Positions 9,221 through 17,925 of a DNA stretch of 64,000 nt are shown piece after piece. Position numbers and translations under genes: made by a program. This DNA comes from a virus. The stretch is from positions 1-64,000 of IMG/VR virus record IMGVR_UViG_3300047440_000809; one strand, given 5' to 3'. The notes beneath the pieces are model-generated. The model had not been told where the DNA came from and did no database searches. It worked only from the letters and a program-made list of their open reading frames with translations. Numbering within the stretch: position 1 is the stretch's first letter; each line of letters opens with the position of its first letter.

Positions 9221-10159
9221 TTAGCGCGGCTGACCCGGCAAGCCCGGGAAGGCCGCCGCGAGACCCGCCGCGGTGGGCGGCGGCTGGGGGACACCGTTGC
9301 CGGCAGCGGCGGCGAACGGGTTGGGCGGAGGCAACTGCGGAGCGGCCGCGGGAGCGAACGCCGGAGCGGTCGGCGCGACCGGAGCGAACGCGGGAGGCGC
9401 GAATCCCGGCGGGGGAGCTGTCACGGTCGCTGGTGCCGCAGGCGGGGGCGCCGCCTGCATCGGCACTCCCGTCGGTTGCGGCACCGCGCCGCCCGGCGCA
9501 CCAGGCAGGCCCGGGAACGCCGGCTGACCCGGCATTCCCCCCGCCGCACCCGGCAGCCCCGGCATCCCGCCGCCGAAGCCCGGCACACCACCCGGCAGCG
9601 CACCCGCACCACCCATCTGCACCGGCATCTTCGAGGCCCACCGGTGCCGGTTGCTGCGCACGGCCTCCTCGTACTCGTCCTTCGTCACCCAGTCGGCGAC
9701 GCTGGTGTTGACCGAGCCGTCCTTGCCCGCGTACGGCTCCGTCTTGAAGTAGGCGGTGTAGTTCTTGAACGCGCCGAGCGTGTACTGGAACTGCGCCTGG
9801 CCCGACTTTCCACCGCCGATCGAGCGCATCAGCCCGCGCCACAAGAACCACGTGTTCTTCTGCGTGGAGGCGGCATCTGGCATGAACTTCGACAAGATCT
9901 TGCCGGCGGCGTCGGCGTCGAGGATCTCCAGCGTCATGATGACCTGGTTCTTCCCATCGTCGCTGCGCACCTTCTCGTCGATGATCCTGCCGCTGTAGTA
10001 GCCGTCCTTCTCCAACGTGTCCGACATCCGCATCGGCTCCCACGTCGGGTCTGCCGGGATGTTGAGCACGAATCCCTGTGTCGGCGCCTGCTGCTGCATC
10101 GGGGCTCCACCAAATCCCCCGGGCATGCCGCCGGGGAAACCTGCTCCTGGTACTGTCAT
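9221..10159 (-). CDS. Putative ssDNA-binding protein (DUF669-like) with Pro/Gly/Ala-rich tail
   Basis: DGYYSGRI-type beta-rich core, position after Sak4-like ATPase, low-complexity tail. Confidence 0.6.
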   Translation of the reverse strand: MTVPGAGFPGGMPGGFGGAPMQQQAPTQGFVLNIPADPTWEPMRMSDTLEKDGYYSGRIIDEKVRSDDGKNQVIMTLEILDADAAGKILSKFMPDAASTQKNTWFLWRGLMRSIGGGKSGQAQFQYTLGAFKNYTAYFKTEPYAGKDGSVNTSVADWVTKDEYEEAVRSNRHRWASKMPVQMGGAGALPGGVPGFGGGMPGLPGAAGGMPGQPAFPGLPGAPGGAVPQPTGVPMQAAPPPAAPATVTAPPPGFAPPAFAPVAPTAPAFAPAAAPQLPPPNPFAAAAGNGVPQPPPTAAGLAAAFPGLPGQPR

Positions 10160-10187
10160 GTGCGTTCTCCTGTTTTTGTTTTGTTGC

Positions 10188-10958
10188 TCAAAGCCCTACG
10201 TACGGCGGTCCAGACCGCCCTCGCAGGAACCCACCGAGGTCCGCCGGCATGATCGCCTGGGCGTACCCTTCACGATTCTTCGTGCGCCACATGCGCCAGT
10301 CGCCCTGCGGCGTCGATGCCAGCTCCGCCGGCCAGTCGGTGCCGCCCGTGTAGTAAACGCGCACGGGGGCTTGCCCGAGAGCGAGCTGGAGATGATCAAC
10401 CCGCAGCACGGTGTCGGTCTGTCCGAAGAAGTCCCCCACGAGCGTCTTCGGCGACATCGAGAACCCGCCTGGATAGAAGACGCCCTCCTGCACAACGGGC
10501 GGCAGGGGGTGTGCGACCAACACGCAGTGGAGCCCCAGCGCTCGAATCCACTCGCGCATCGTGAGCAGGCACGTGCGCACGTGCATCGGGATGGCGTACT
10601 TGTTCCGCGTGCCCTTGAAGCCTTCCTCGGCCTCCTTGTAGATGTACGACGTGAACGGGGTGAACCCGTCGATGACGAGCGCGGTGAAGTGCTGACGGTA
10701 CTGGGCGAGCCAGGCGAACGCCTCGCACATCTGCCCCCACGACTTCACGGTCTGCTTGACGTGGGCGGGGACGACCATTCCTCGCGCCGCGATGATCTTG
10801 AGCGCGTTGTCCTCGCACGGAATCACGAACGGGCGCGAGAAGGCTCCGACGGCGTCGGTGGTCTTGAGCGTGCCCGGCGGCCCGTAGAGCATCAGGTTGA
10901 CGGGCTGGCCCGCGACGTTCGCGGCGGCGGCATCGCCGGTGACGATCTCGATCGGCAT
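10188..10958 (-). CDS. Sak4-like/AAA_24 ATPase
   Basis: LYGPPGTLKT, LVIDGFT, LVAH. Confidence 0.75.
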   Translation of the reverse strand: MPIEIVTGDAAAANVAGQPVNLMLYGPPGTLKTTDAVGAFSRPFVIPCEDNALKIIAARGMVVPAHVKQTVKSWGQMCEAFAWLAQYRQHFTALVIDGFTPFTSYIYKEAEEGFKGTRNKYAIPMHVRTCLLTMREWIRALGLHCVLVAHPLPPVVQEGVFYPGGFSMSPKTLVGDFFGQTDTVLRVDHLQLALGQAPVRVYYTGGTDWPAELASTPQGDWRMWRTKNREGYAQAIMPADLGGFLRGRSGPPYVGL

Positions 10959-11248
10959 CAGCCGACGCACCCGTAGATGCGCTCGCCCTCGCACGCCGTG
11001 CACGCCCAGACGAGATGCTGGGCCGACATCGAGGCGCCTGTCGCCGCCATGTGGCGCGAGAACCGATGCCGCGTTGGCGTCTTGCACGCGCCTGCACAGA
11101 CGATGATGGGCAACCCGTTGGGCTCGGTCTCGTGCATCACGTGCGGCTCGCTTCGGCACGAGACGCAGTCGTCGTAGTGGCTTGGTATCGGCGGGCGCAC
11201 CTTGACTGGACGATCGATATCCTCGATCAGCACGCGCAGATGTGGCAT
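10958..11248 (-). CDS. Cys-rich Zn-finger protein
   Basis: CVSC, CAGAC, CTAC; coupled starts and stops. Confidence 0.6.
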   Translation of the reverse strand: MPHLRVLIEDIDRPVKVRPPIPSHYDDCVSCRSEPHVMHETEPNGLPIIVCAGACKTPTRHRFSRHMAATGASMSAQHLVWACTACEGERIYGCVG

Positions 11249-11511
11249 CAGTTCGGGTCCTCTCCCCACAGGTCGGCGGGTTCCGGGTTGTACTTGGCGC
11301 CCTGCAAGTCCTTCAAGAATTCCGTCAGCCACGCGATGAGGCGCTTGCGCCGCGCGGGCTTGCTCCAGAAGAGAACACCTGTGTAGGCGCGCAGGGTCTC
11401 GTCGAACGTCATGCCTTCTTTCCTAATGAGCCGGAGCAGCGCCGTGCCGTGCTTCTCGGCGCGGACCGATTCGGCGGCGCGCTTGTTCTTCGGCAACAGT
11501 GGAATCGCCAT
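11248..11511 (-). CDS. Hypothetical protein
   Basis: Coupled ORF in operon. Confidence 0.6.
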   Translation of the reverse strand: MAIPLLPKNKRAAESVRAEKHGTALLRLIRKEGMTFDETLRAYTGVLFWSKPARRKRLIAWLTEFLKDLQGAKYNPEPADLWGEDPN

Positions 11512-12392
11512 CAGTCCCTCCTCACGAAATCGACCAGTTTGTCGGGCCCCTCGGTGCACAGCGAAACGAAGTCACAGGGGCCGTAGACGCGGAGGCACGA
11601 CTCGTACACGCGCGGCCGGCTCATCGGGTCCGGGTATGCAGCGCGCACCGCCTTCATGTTCCGCAGCGCCCACACGGTGTCCTCCCACAGCCGCCCGTAC
11701 GCGATTGCTGATATCGGGACCGGGAACCGGGCGAACTTCGGCGTGAAGTTCTGGAGGTCGTAGAAGCCGAGCTTGTTCGCCTTCGGCCGCGTCATCGCGT
11801 TGATGATGACCCGCTTGATGTCGTAGCCGTAGAAGCGCGCGAGCGCGAGCTGCGTGAGCATCTGCCGGTCGGCGCGGTACTCGTAGCCGGTCTCGCGCTT
11901 GATGTACCCCTTGGACTTGTGGTCGACTAACACGTAGCCACCCTCGGCGTGGTCCCACGCCAGGAGATCGAGGCGGGCGGTGTACGGCTCCCCTTCGAGC
12001 GCGATCTCGAACTGGTGCTCGACCAGCACGGGCACCCAGAGCGGCTGCCCCCAGTGGGCCACGTAGGCGTCGAAGATGTAGAGCGCCACCTCACGCAGCT
12101 CCGGCCGGTCTTGGCCGCACGTCCAGATTGCGGTGCGCCCGTCCGCGTAGACCAGCCAGTCCGGTTTCTGCTGAAGCAAGGCTGCGTACCGGTAGGCGAG
12201 ACCCACGTGCACGAGCGTGCCGATCTTCGTGTGGTCCTTCTCGATGATGGGGCGCAGGTACATCTCCTGCGAGAAGGCTTCAAGCTGAGGGCAGGTGCAG
12301 AACGAGCCGATGCGGTGGGGACCTTGCTTGCTCGCGCCGCCGGGCCACACCGGGCCGCCGGTGTTGCGGTTGCCTGAGTGGGTATCAGGCAT
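11511..12392 (-). CDS. PD-(D/E)XK exonuclease (AddB/Cas4-like)
   Basis: GTLVH, VEHQF, ARLDLL, VDHKS, QxxxY-like, C-terminal CxxxxxxCxxxxxC. Confidence 0.8.
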   Translation of the reverse strand: MPDTHSGNRNTGGPVWPGGASKQGPHRIGSFCTCPQLEAFSQEMYLRPIIEKDHTKIGTLVHVGLAYRYAALLQQKPDWLVYADGRTAIWTCGQDRPELREVALYIFDAYVAHWGQPLWVPVLVEHQFEIALEGEPYTARLDLLAWDHAEGGYVLVDHKSKGYIKRETGYEYRADRQMLTQLALARFYGYDIKRVIINAMTRPKANKLGFYDLQNFTPKFARFPVPISAIAYGRLWEDTVWALRNMKAVRAAYPDPMSRPRVYESCLRVYGPCDFVSLCTEGPDKLVDFVRRD

Positions 12393-12720
12393 CGGCGTTC
12401 ACCTCATAGAACAGATACATCTGCTCGTGCAGATCGCCGAAAAAGTCCGAGGACACCGCACAGACGAATTGCACCCGCTCTTCGGTAACAGCGTGACCGC
12501 GCCCGGCCACGAGCAGCACCGCGTGATGAGGCTCGCCCGTCTTGCCTGTATCAACCAACACGTCGCAGGCGATGCTTGAGCCACGTGTCGATACGTTGAC
12601 CCTTCCGCCGACAATCTTTGCTCCGACAGGAATGTCGGCGCGAAAGCGCAACACACTGATCGTGTCCTCAGAGGAGAACACCATCTCGACAATCTTCTTC
12701 TCACCCATCGAAGCCCCCAT
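12385..12720 (-). CDS. Hypothetical protein
   Basis: About 110 aa filling operon gap, lower GC. Confidence 0.55.
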   Translation of the reverse strand: MGASMGEKKIVEMVFSSEDTISVLRFRADIPVGAKIVGGRVNVSTRGSSIACDVLVDTGKTGEPHHAVLLVAGRGHAVTEERVQFVCAVSSDFFGDLHEQMYLFYEVNADA

Positions 12721-14392
12721 GGCTCAGCGACTGCAACTTCGCGAAGAGCCCGTCCACGATCTCCTCGTTGGACTTCCCGCCGAGCATCGTCGCCAGGTCC
12801 GCATTGCCCTCCTGCTGGCCCATCGTGGACTCCAACACCGCCAGCTTCTCCACCACGGTCTCAGCGTGGCCCTCGTCGATCGTGCCCGCGGCGATGATGT
12901 AGCGGACCATCACGGCGTTCTTCGAGTCGAACCGGTGGCAGCGCTTCTCGGCTTGCAGCAGCTTCCAGGGCTCCGCGATGAGGTCCCCGAAGATGACGAG
13001 GTCGGCGCCCACGAGCGAGATCGCCACGCCGACGCTGTCGATGGTCGCCACGAAGCAGCACGGCGCGCTCGCGTCGCGGAACGTCGTCGCCATCTTGTCG
13101 CGCCCCTCGGGGCTCATCTCTCCGTGCACGATGAGCACCGTCGCGTTGTCGACCTTGTCGTGGATCGCCTTGCCCACGGCGTCGCACTGCTCGCGCATGT
13201 ACAAGAACACGACGACCTTCTGCCGCGCGTTCAAGGCGTCGATCGCCTGCTCGATGACCGCCGGGCGCTTGGCACGCGCTGTGTGGCGGAACGCGGCCGC
13301 GACAGCGTTGCCCTTGTCCAGCGCCTTGCGCCCTTCGTAGCGGGTCGGCGCCGTCAGCTCCACGTCGACCTTGTAGACCTCGCGCTGGAACGGCGGGAGT
13401 TGGAGACCCACAGACGCCTTCGTGCGCATCAGTAAGAAGAAGCTGAGGCGCTTCCCCAGCTCCTCTGTTCGGCTCGCGCCCTTGTCATCCATCCCGTAGG
13501 GGCCTGCTACTCCACCGCCGTACGCCTTAATCCAGGGCCAATACTTCCCCGCTAGACCGCCCGTGATGATGTCTAGGAGCGCCCACAGGTCCCGCACGAA
13601 GTTGGGCATCGGCGTGCCGGTCAAGCCCCACACCACCGGGACCTTCGCGCACAGGTTGCGCACTGCCGTACCTTTCTGCGAGCTACGCCCACGGAGGATG
13701 TGCGCCTCGTCATTGATGACGATCAAGAACTGATTCGTCAGCGTCTTCCCCCAGCCTGGGGTCTCCACGCTTTCGTGCATGACCCCCAGTGCGTCGGCGC
13801 GGCGGTCGCCGATGATGATGTCGTAGTTGGCGACGATGTACCGGGTCTGGGGAATCTCCTCGGGGCGCCGGCCGTCGAGAATCGCGGCGTCGCATCCCGC
13901 CCACTTCTTGATTTCGCGCTGCCACTGCCGCTTCGCGAGCGCGGGGCACAGCACAAGAACGACGGGCGTCGTGGCGCTCGGGATCGCACCGAACGATAGC
14001 CGGGCCTCCGCCGCGATGATCGCCTCGGGCGTCTTGCCGAGCCCCATCTCGTCGGCCAGCAGCCCGTAGTCGCGACACGCCAAGAACGCTGAGCCCTCGC
14101 CCTGGTAGTCGCGCAGGCCGGCCATCTTGGCGTACTCCAGCGCGCGTGCCGCGACCATCGGCAGCCCCGGGAATGCGTCGGGCTTCTTGTACGGCGCCCC
14201 CATCACGTTCGCCACCAGCCACGCCGCGTCGGCCGCGCATCGGCTGTCCATCTTCGTCAGCTGGACGCCCGGTGCATGCCAGTCGTCGACGCGCCCGTGG
14301 AAGCGGTAGCCGCGAACCCCGCGTCCGTGGATGGACGGCTGGAGCATCGGGCGCGCGGGCGCGATTGGAAACTGGAGGACTTGACCGTTCAT
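12701..14392 (-). CDS. SNF2-family helicase
   Basis: LRDYQ, LLADEMGLGKT, DEAH, LTGTP, QAEKRCHR. Confidence 0.9.
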   Translation of the reverse strand: MNGQVLQFPIAPARPMLQPSIHGRGVRGYRFHGRVDDWHAPGVQLTKMDSRCAADAAWLVANVMGAPYKKPDAFPGLPMVAARALEYAKMAGLRDYQGEGSAFLACRDYGLLADEMGLGKTPEAIIAAEARLSFGAIPSATTPVVLVLCPALAKRQWQREIKKWAGCDAAILDGRRPEEIPQTRYIVANYDIIIGDRRADALGVMHESVETPGWGKTLTNQFLIVINDEAHILRGRSSQKGTAVRNLCAKVPVVWGLTGTPMPNFVRDLWALLDIITGGLAGKYWPWIKAYGGGVAGPYGMDDKGASRTEELGKRLSFFLLMRTKASVGLQLPPFQREVYKVDVELTAPTRYEGRKALDKGNAVAAAFRHTARAKRPAVIEQAIDALNARQKVVVFLYMREQCDAVGKAIHDKVDNATVLIVHGEMSPEGRDKMATTFRDASAPCCFVATIDSVGVAISLVGADLVIFGDLIAEPWKLLQAEKRCHRFDSKNAVMVRYIIAAGTIDEGHAETVVEKLAVLESTMGQQEGNADLATMLGGKSNEEIVDGLFAKLQSLSHGGFDG

Positions 14393-14536
14393 GCCAACAA
14401 CACAGCGAAGCGTACGGCGGTCGAGACTACACCTACCGGTCGAGCTGTCCAGGATTTTTCTTCTCACCCGGTGAAAATTCTAACCACCCCCAATCCCTAG
14501 TGGTCGTCGATGTCTTCTCTCACAAGATGAAAAAAG

Positions 14537-15829
14537 TTGACCGCAGACTCTGCACGAGCTTACAACCACTACCCCGCTGTGCTGTCAGACCGGATAGACG
14601 CAGTCTTACCCGTGAACTCGTCGTTCCTACGACCGTACGCGGAATACGCAGGGCAATGCTGCGACGCGCCCGACCTGTTCCACGTCGGCGTCGGCCTCAC
14701 GATGCTCGCCGGCACGATCGCGAAGAGCTTGGCGTGCCCCTTCATGGCCGGGCGCGTGTTGGTGCCGAACCTCTACACGCTGCTCGTCGGGCCATCGCGC
14801 TCGGCGCGCAAGACGGCATCGATGGACATGGGCATCGAGATTTTGCAGAAGGCCACGCCCGACACGGTCATACCGATCCCGGGATCGTACGAGGAGATGG
14901 TCGCGCAGATCCGCGCCACGCCGAGCGGCCTGCTCACGTACCGCGAGTTCGGGCACTTCTTGAAGACCACCGCCCGCGGCTACGGTGAGCCGATCAGGAC
15001 CGTGTTGATGGACCTCTACGACTGGCCGCCCACACGCAGCTACACGCGTAGCCTGCGCAAAGGCAAGACCGTCATCGAGCCGCCCATCTGCCTGTCGATG
15101 ATCGGCGCCATCTCGACAGACCTGCTGTTCGCCTACTGCGATTCCGAGGAGTGGACCGGCGGTTTCTTCGCCCGGATGATCTTGCTCTACGGCGAGCGCG
15201 GCGACTTCCGCATGCCCCGCACGTGGCCCGAGGCCGAGGCGCACCTCGCGAACGTCCTCTACCAGTGGGGACACGCCGCCATCCCGGCGTGCGGTGGCTT
15301 TGCCCCAGACGCGTGGTCGCTGTTCGAGCGGTGGGCGCAGTTTCGCGACGGGCAGACGCACACGGCTCCCGACCGCGTGCAGAACCACTGGGCGGGGGCG
15401 ACCACGCTGGCTGCGAAGGTGGCCTTGCTCTACGGCGCCGATGCCGGCGAGCCCCACGCAGGGCACGGCTGGTTGGTCTCGCTCGACACGATGTCCCGAG
15501 CGATTCTGTTCGTCGACCACCTGTACCTGCCGAGCGTGCAGCACCTCGGGGAGCGCCTCGCGATCGGGCCGTGGGAGAAGGACCGTCGGCGCGTGCTCGA
15601 CGGCATTATCCGGGCAGGCACGCGCGGCATCCTGCGCCAGGACTTGCTCAAGCGCGTGAAGATGAGCAGCGACTACATGGACACGGTGGTCAACACCCTG
15701 CGCGACGAGGGCACGATCATCTCGATCAAGGAGGCCCAGGGCGCGCGGTTCAAGCTCGCCCCCGAGGGAACGGTCATCCAGTTCCCAGGCGGCGGGGCGA
15801 GCGGCGCGATGGGAGGACAGCAGGGGTGA
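14537..15829 (+). CDS. DUF3987/YfjI-like NTPase (putative replicative helicase)
   Basis: NLYTLLVGPSRSARKT, REFG, GFFARM, C-terminal wHTH-like; true start may be GTG 14579. Confidence 0.75.
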   Translation: MTADSARAYNHYPAVLSDRIDAVLPVNSSFLRPYAEYAGQCCDAPDLFHVGVGLTMLAGTIAKSLACPFMAGRVLVPNLYTLLVGPSRSARKTASMDMGIEILQKATPDTVIPIPGSYEEMVAQIRATPSGLLTYREFGHFLKTTARGYGEPIRTVLMDLYDWPPTRSYTRSLRKGKTVIEPPICLSMIGAISTDLLFAYCDSEEWTGGFFARMILLYGERGDFRMPRTWPEAEAHLANVLYQWGHAAIPACGGFAPDAWSLFERWAQFRDGQTHTAPDRVQNHWAGATTLAAKVALLYGADAGEPHAGHGWLVSLDTMSRAILFVDHLYLPSVQHLGERLAIGPWEKDRRRVLDGIIRAGTRGILRQDLLKRVKMSSDYMDTVVNTLRDEGTIISIKEAQGARFKLAPEGTVIQFPGGGASGAMGGQQG

Positions 15830-16326
15830 GGCTCCTCCGCCGCCGTCAACGCCGCTTCTTGGTCGCCCTCGCGCTGGTCGACACGGTCATCGCGGTGGTG
15901 GCGCAGCGGTACGGCATCAAGCGGGAGGTCATGTGCGGTCCGCGGCGGGACCGCTGGGTCGTCCACCCACGGATGCTCGCGATGTACACGATTCGGTTCG
16001 CCACTGACCTGTCCTACCCCGAGATCGGTCGGCTGTTCGGCGGGCGCGACCACACCACCGTCATGCACGCGATGAAGACGGTCGAGGCATGGCTGGAGGA
16101 AGACCCAGGGCTCCGGATGGAGCTGCTAGCCATCGCTTGTGCGGTGATTGAGCGCAGCCCGTCGGAGCAGCTCGCGTCGCCACAGCAAGAATCGCCCCGC
16201 CTGCTTCCGGTCGTTCCACAAGGCTCGAAGCAGCTCCCTGAGTGGCCGGGGCGCGCCAGTGCTGTCGAAGCTGCCGTAGAGCGTGCCGAGCCTCCAGTGG
16301 ATGTAGCCGCGAGACGCGCGTCGTAG
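15826..16326 (+). CDS. DnaA C-terminal HTH domain protein
   Basis: RMLAMY...LSYPEIGRLFGGRDHTTVMHA; no AAA+ domain. Confidence 0.85.
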   Translation: MRLLRRRQRRFLVALALVDTVIAVVAQRYGIKREVMCGPRRDRWVVHPRMLAMYTIRFATDLSYPEIGRLFGGRDHTTVMHAMKTVEAWLEEDPGLRMELLAIACAVIERSPSEQLASPQQESPRLLPVVPQGSKQLPEWPGRASAVEAAVERAEPPVDVAARRAS

Positions 16327-16386
16327 CGACCACAGGAACCGCAGCCCTTCAAGCAGGACCGCGAGCGGACGTGTCAGCCGTCCCAC
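16126..16386 (-). CDS. Hypothetical protein
   Basis: Continues minus-strand operon; overlaps the DnaA-C tail. Confidence 0.45.
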   Translation of the reverse strand: MGRLTRPLAVLLEGLRFLWSLRRASRGYIHWRLGTLYGSFDSTGAPRPLRELLRALWNDRKQAGRFLLWRRELLRRAALNHRTSDG

Positions 16387-16616
16387 CCGGTCTCACCGCC
16401 GTCGAAGAGCCCGAACTTCTCCGCGACGATCCCGCGTAGCCCCTGGATGACTTCGGGCGCGCCATAGACCTTCGCGCGGCGCGTGCTCGGGTCCACGCCG
16501 GCGATGACGAGCGCCGGCACGCCGAACTTCACTGCGAGCTTGCCGATCTCCACCACGAGCTGGTCGAGGCGTGGTGTGGGGACGGGCGGGGCCGCTGCCG
16601 TTCTGTCGGTGGGCAT
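16374..16616 (-). CDS. Hypothetical protein
   Basis: 80 aa, good codon usage. Confidence 0.6.
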   Translation of the reverse strand: MPTDRTAAAPPVPTPRLDQLVVEIGKLAVKFGVPALVIAGVDPSTRRAKVYGAPEVIQGLRGIVAEKFGLFDGGETGWDG

Positions 16617-16636
16617 GCCGCGATAATACTACAGCA

Positions 16637-17092
16637 TCAGGTCGGCTTGACGATCTGTGACGCTTCCTTCGCGGGTTGGTGCGCCACGGCCGCCGCGATG
16701 GCGACCTTCGCGGCCAGCCGATGTGCCTCGCGGATCGGCTCCGGCAGCTCGTCCCACGGCACGGCGTTGCCGCCGCCCACGGACAGCTCGTGCCCGGCAC
16801 ATAGGACGATCGAACAGAGCCCCGCGGGGTTATCGACGTTCTCGCTCGCGGTCTTCTCGGGCACCATCCGCCAGGCGTGGAGCGCAATGGCCGCGACTTC
16901 GAGGGCGCCGTCCTTGACTGCGAAGTAGGTACGCGCCATCGCCTCGGCCGTCGACTTGTTCGTGGCGACGGCCTGCTTGCCGCTGTACTGGAAGACCACT
17001 GCCGCCTCGGCTTGGTTCTTCGCCATGGCGCTCAAGAAGCTCGTCACGAGCACCGGGACAGGTACCGCCTTCACGTCGATCATGTGGCCCAT
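16637..17092 (-). CDS. Hypothetical protein
   Basis: 151 aa, GGAGG RBS. Confidence 0.65.
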   Translation of the reverse strand: MGHMIDVKAVPVPVLVTSFLSAMAKNQAEAAVVFQYSGKQAVATNKSTAEAMARTYFAVKDGALEVAAIALHAWRMVPEKTASENVDNPAGLCSIVLCAGHELSVGGGNAVPWDELPEPIREAHRLAAKVAIAAAVAHQPAKEASQIVKPT

Positions 17093-17101
17093 ACGTGCCT
17101 C

Positions 17102-17629
17102 CTATTCCGCGTCGAAGAAGAACACCCAGAACAGCCGCCCGTTCTCGATCGTGTGACCGAAGTAGCTGCTCGGCGCGTGCGTGCGCTGCGACTCCCACAG
17201 CACGAGCCGGTTGTAGACGTTGCCCACGCGGTCCACGGTCTGCCACTGCGTGGAGTCGAAGAAGTTGGATGGCTGCGGCGGGGCGCCCTCGCGGTTGCGC
17301 ACGATCGAGAGCCCGGCCTCCGGCGGCGCGTCGGGCGTGAGGAAGATCGTCGCGGCGTACCGCTGCGTGTCCGAGTGGAACACGATCGGGTCCTCGGCCG
17401 TACAGATCTGGAACCGCCCGTTGATGGGCTCCTTGTCCCACGACGGGATCTTCACGCCGAGGAGCGCCTCGAAGATCGTCGGGTCCATCAGCTCGTGGTA
17501 GCGGTGCACGGAGCGCTTACCGGCCGATCCCTCCTTGATGAACTGCTGCCTGAGCGCGAGCGATCGGATGTCGTCCGGATTCGAGAGGAAGTCGTCGACG
17601 ATGACGAGACTGGGACGGCTGGTTTCCAT
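17102..17629 (-). CDS. DUF6445-like 2OG-Fe(II) oxygenase
   Basis: IVDDF, HSD, FLTPDAP, NVYNRLVLW, HA, GRLFWVFFF. Confidence 0.75.
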   Translation of the reverse strand: METSRPSLVIVDDFLSNPDDIRSLALRQQFIKEGSAGKRSVHRYHELMDPTIFEALLGVKIPSWDKEPINGRFQICTAEDPIVFHSDTQRYAATIFLTPDAPPEAGLSIVRNREGAPPQPSNFFDSTQWQTVDRVGNVYNRLVLWESQRTHAPSSYFGHTIENGRLFWVFFFDAE

Positions 17630-17925
17630 TAGAGTCTCCTTGGCGCCAGGCGATCTGGCCAAGCATCGTTGCTACCACCTGCACAGAGAAGAACGCCTGA
17701 GCAAGAACGTACGATCTTGTCGCCGTCGTCGGGCAGTGCCGCGACATACCAGCTGTCGTAAGGCTCGGTGCGATCCGGTGACGCCTCGATGAGCCTGAGC
17801 AATTTAGCCCGTCCGAATCGAATGTCGTCGGCTTCTATGGGAGAGATGTTGCCCTCGTATTCACTGAACACCTCGGCGTCAGGTGGGGCGTTTTTGAGCG
17901 TCTCGATCAACTCGGATACTTTCAC
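17629..17925 (-). CDS. Hypothetical phage protein
   Basis: MKVSELIETLKNAPPDAEV N-terminus, common in phage small proteins. Confidence 0.6.
   Translation of the reverse strand: MKVSELIETLKNAPPDAEVFSEYEGNISPIEADDIRFGRAKLLRLIEASPDRTEPYDSWYVAALPDDGDKIVRSCSGVLLCAGGSNDAWPDRLAPRRL

Noticed and set aside
11511-12392. cas4 or CRISPR system
   Set aside because: No array or other cas genes; sits in a Sak4/SSB recombination module
14527-14539. Programmed frameshift at ATG-AAAAAAG-TTG
   Set aside because: The slippery motif is in the wrong phase for -1 shifting into the DUF3987 frame; TTG or GTG starts explain the gene
15151-16326. Full dnaA gene implying a host chromosome origin
   Set aside because: Only the C-terminal HTH is present; no AAA+ domain, dnaN or other chromosomal context
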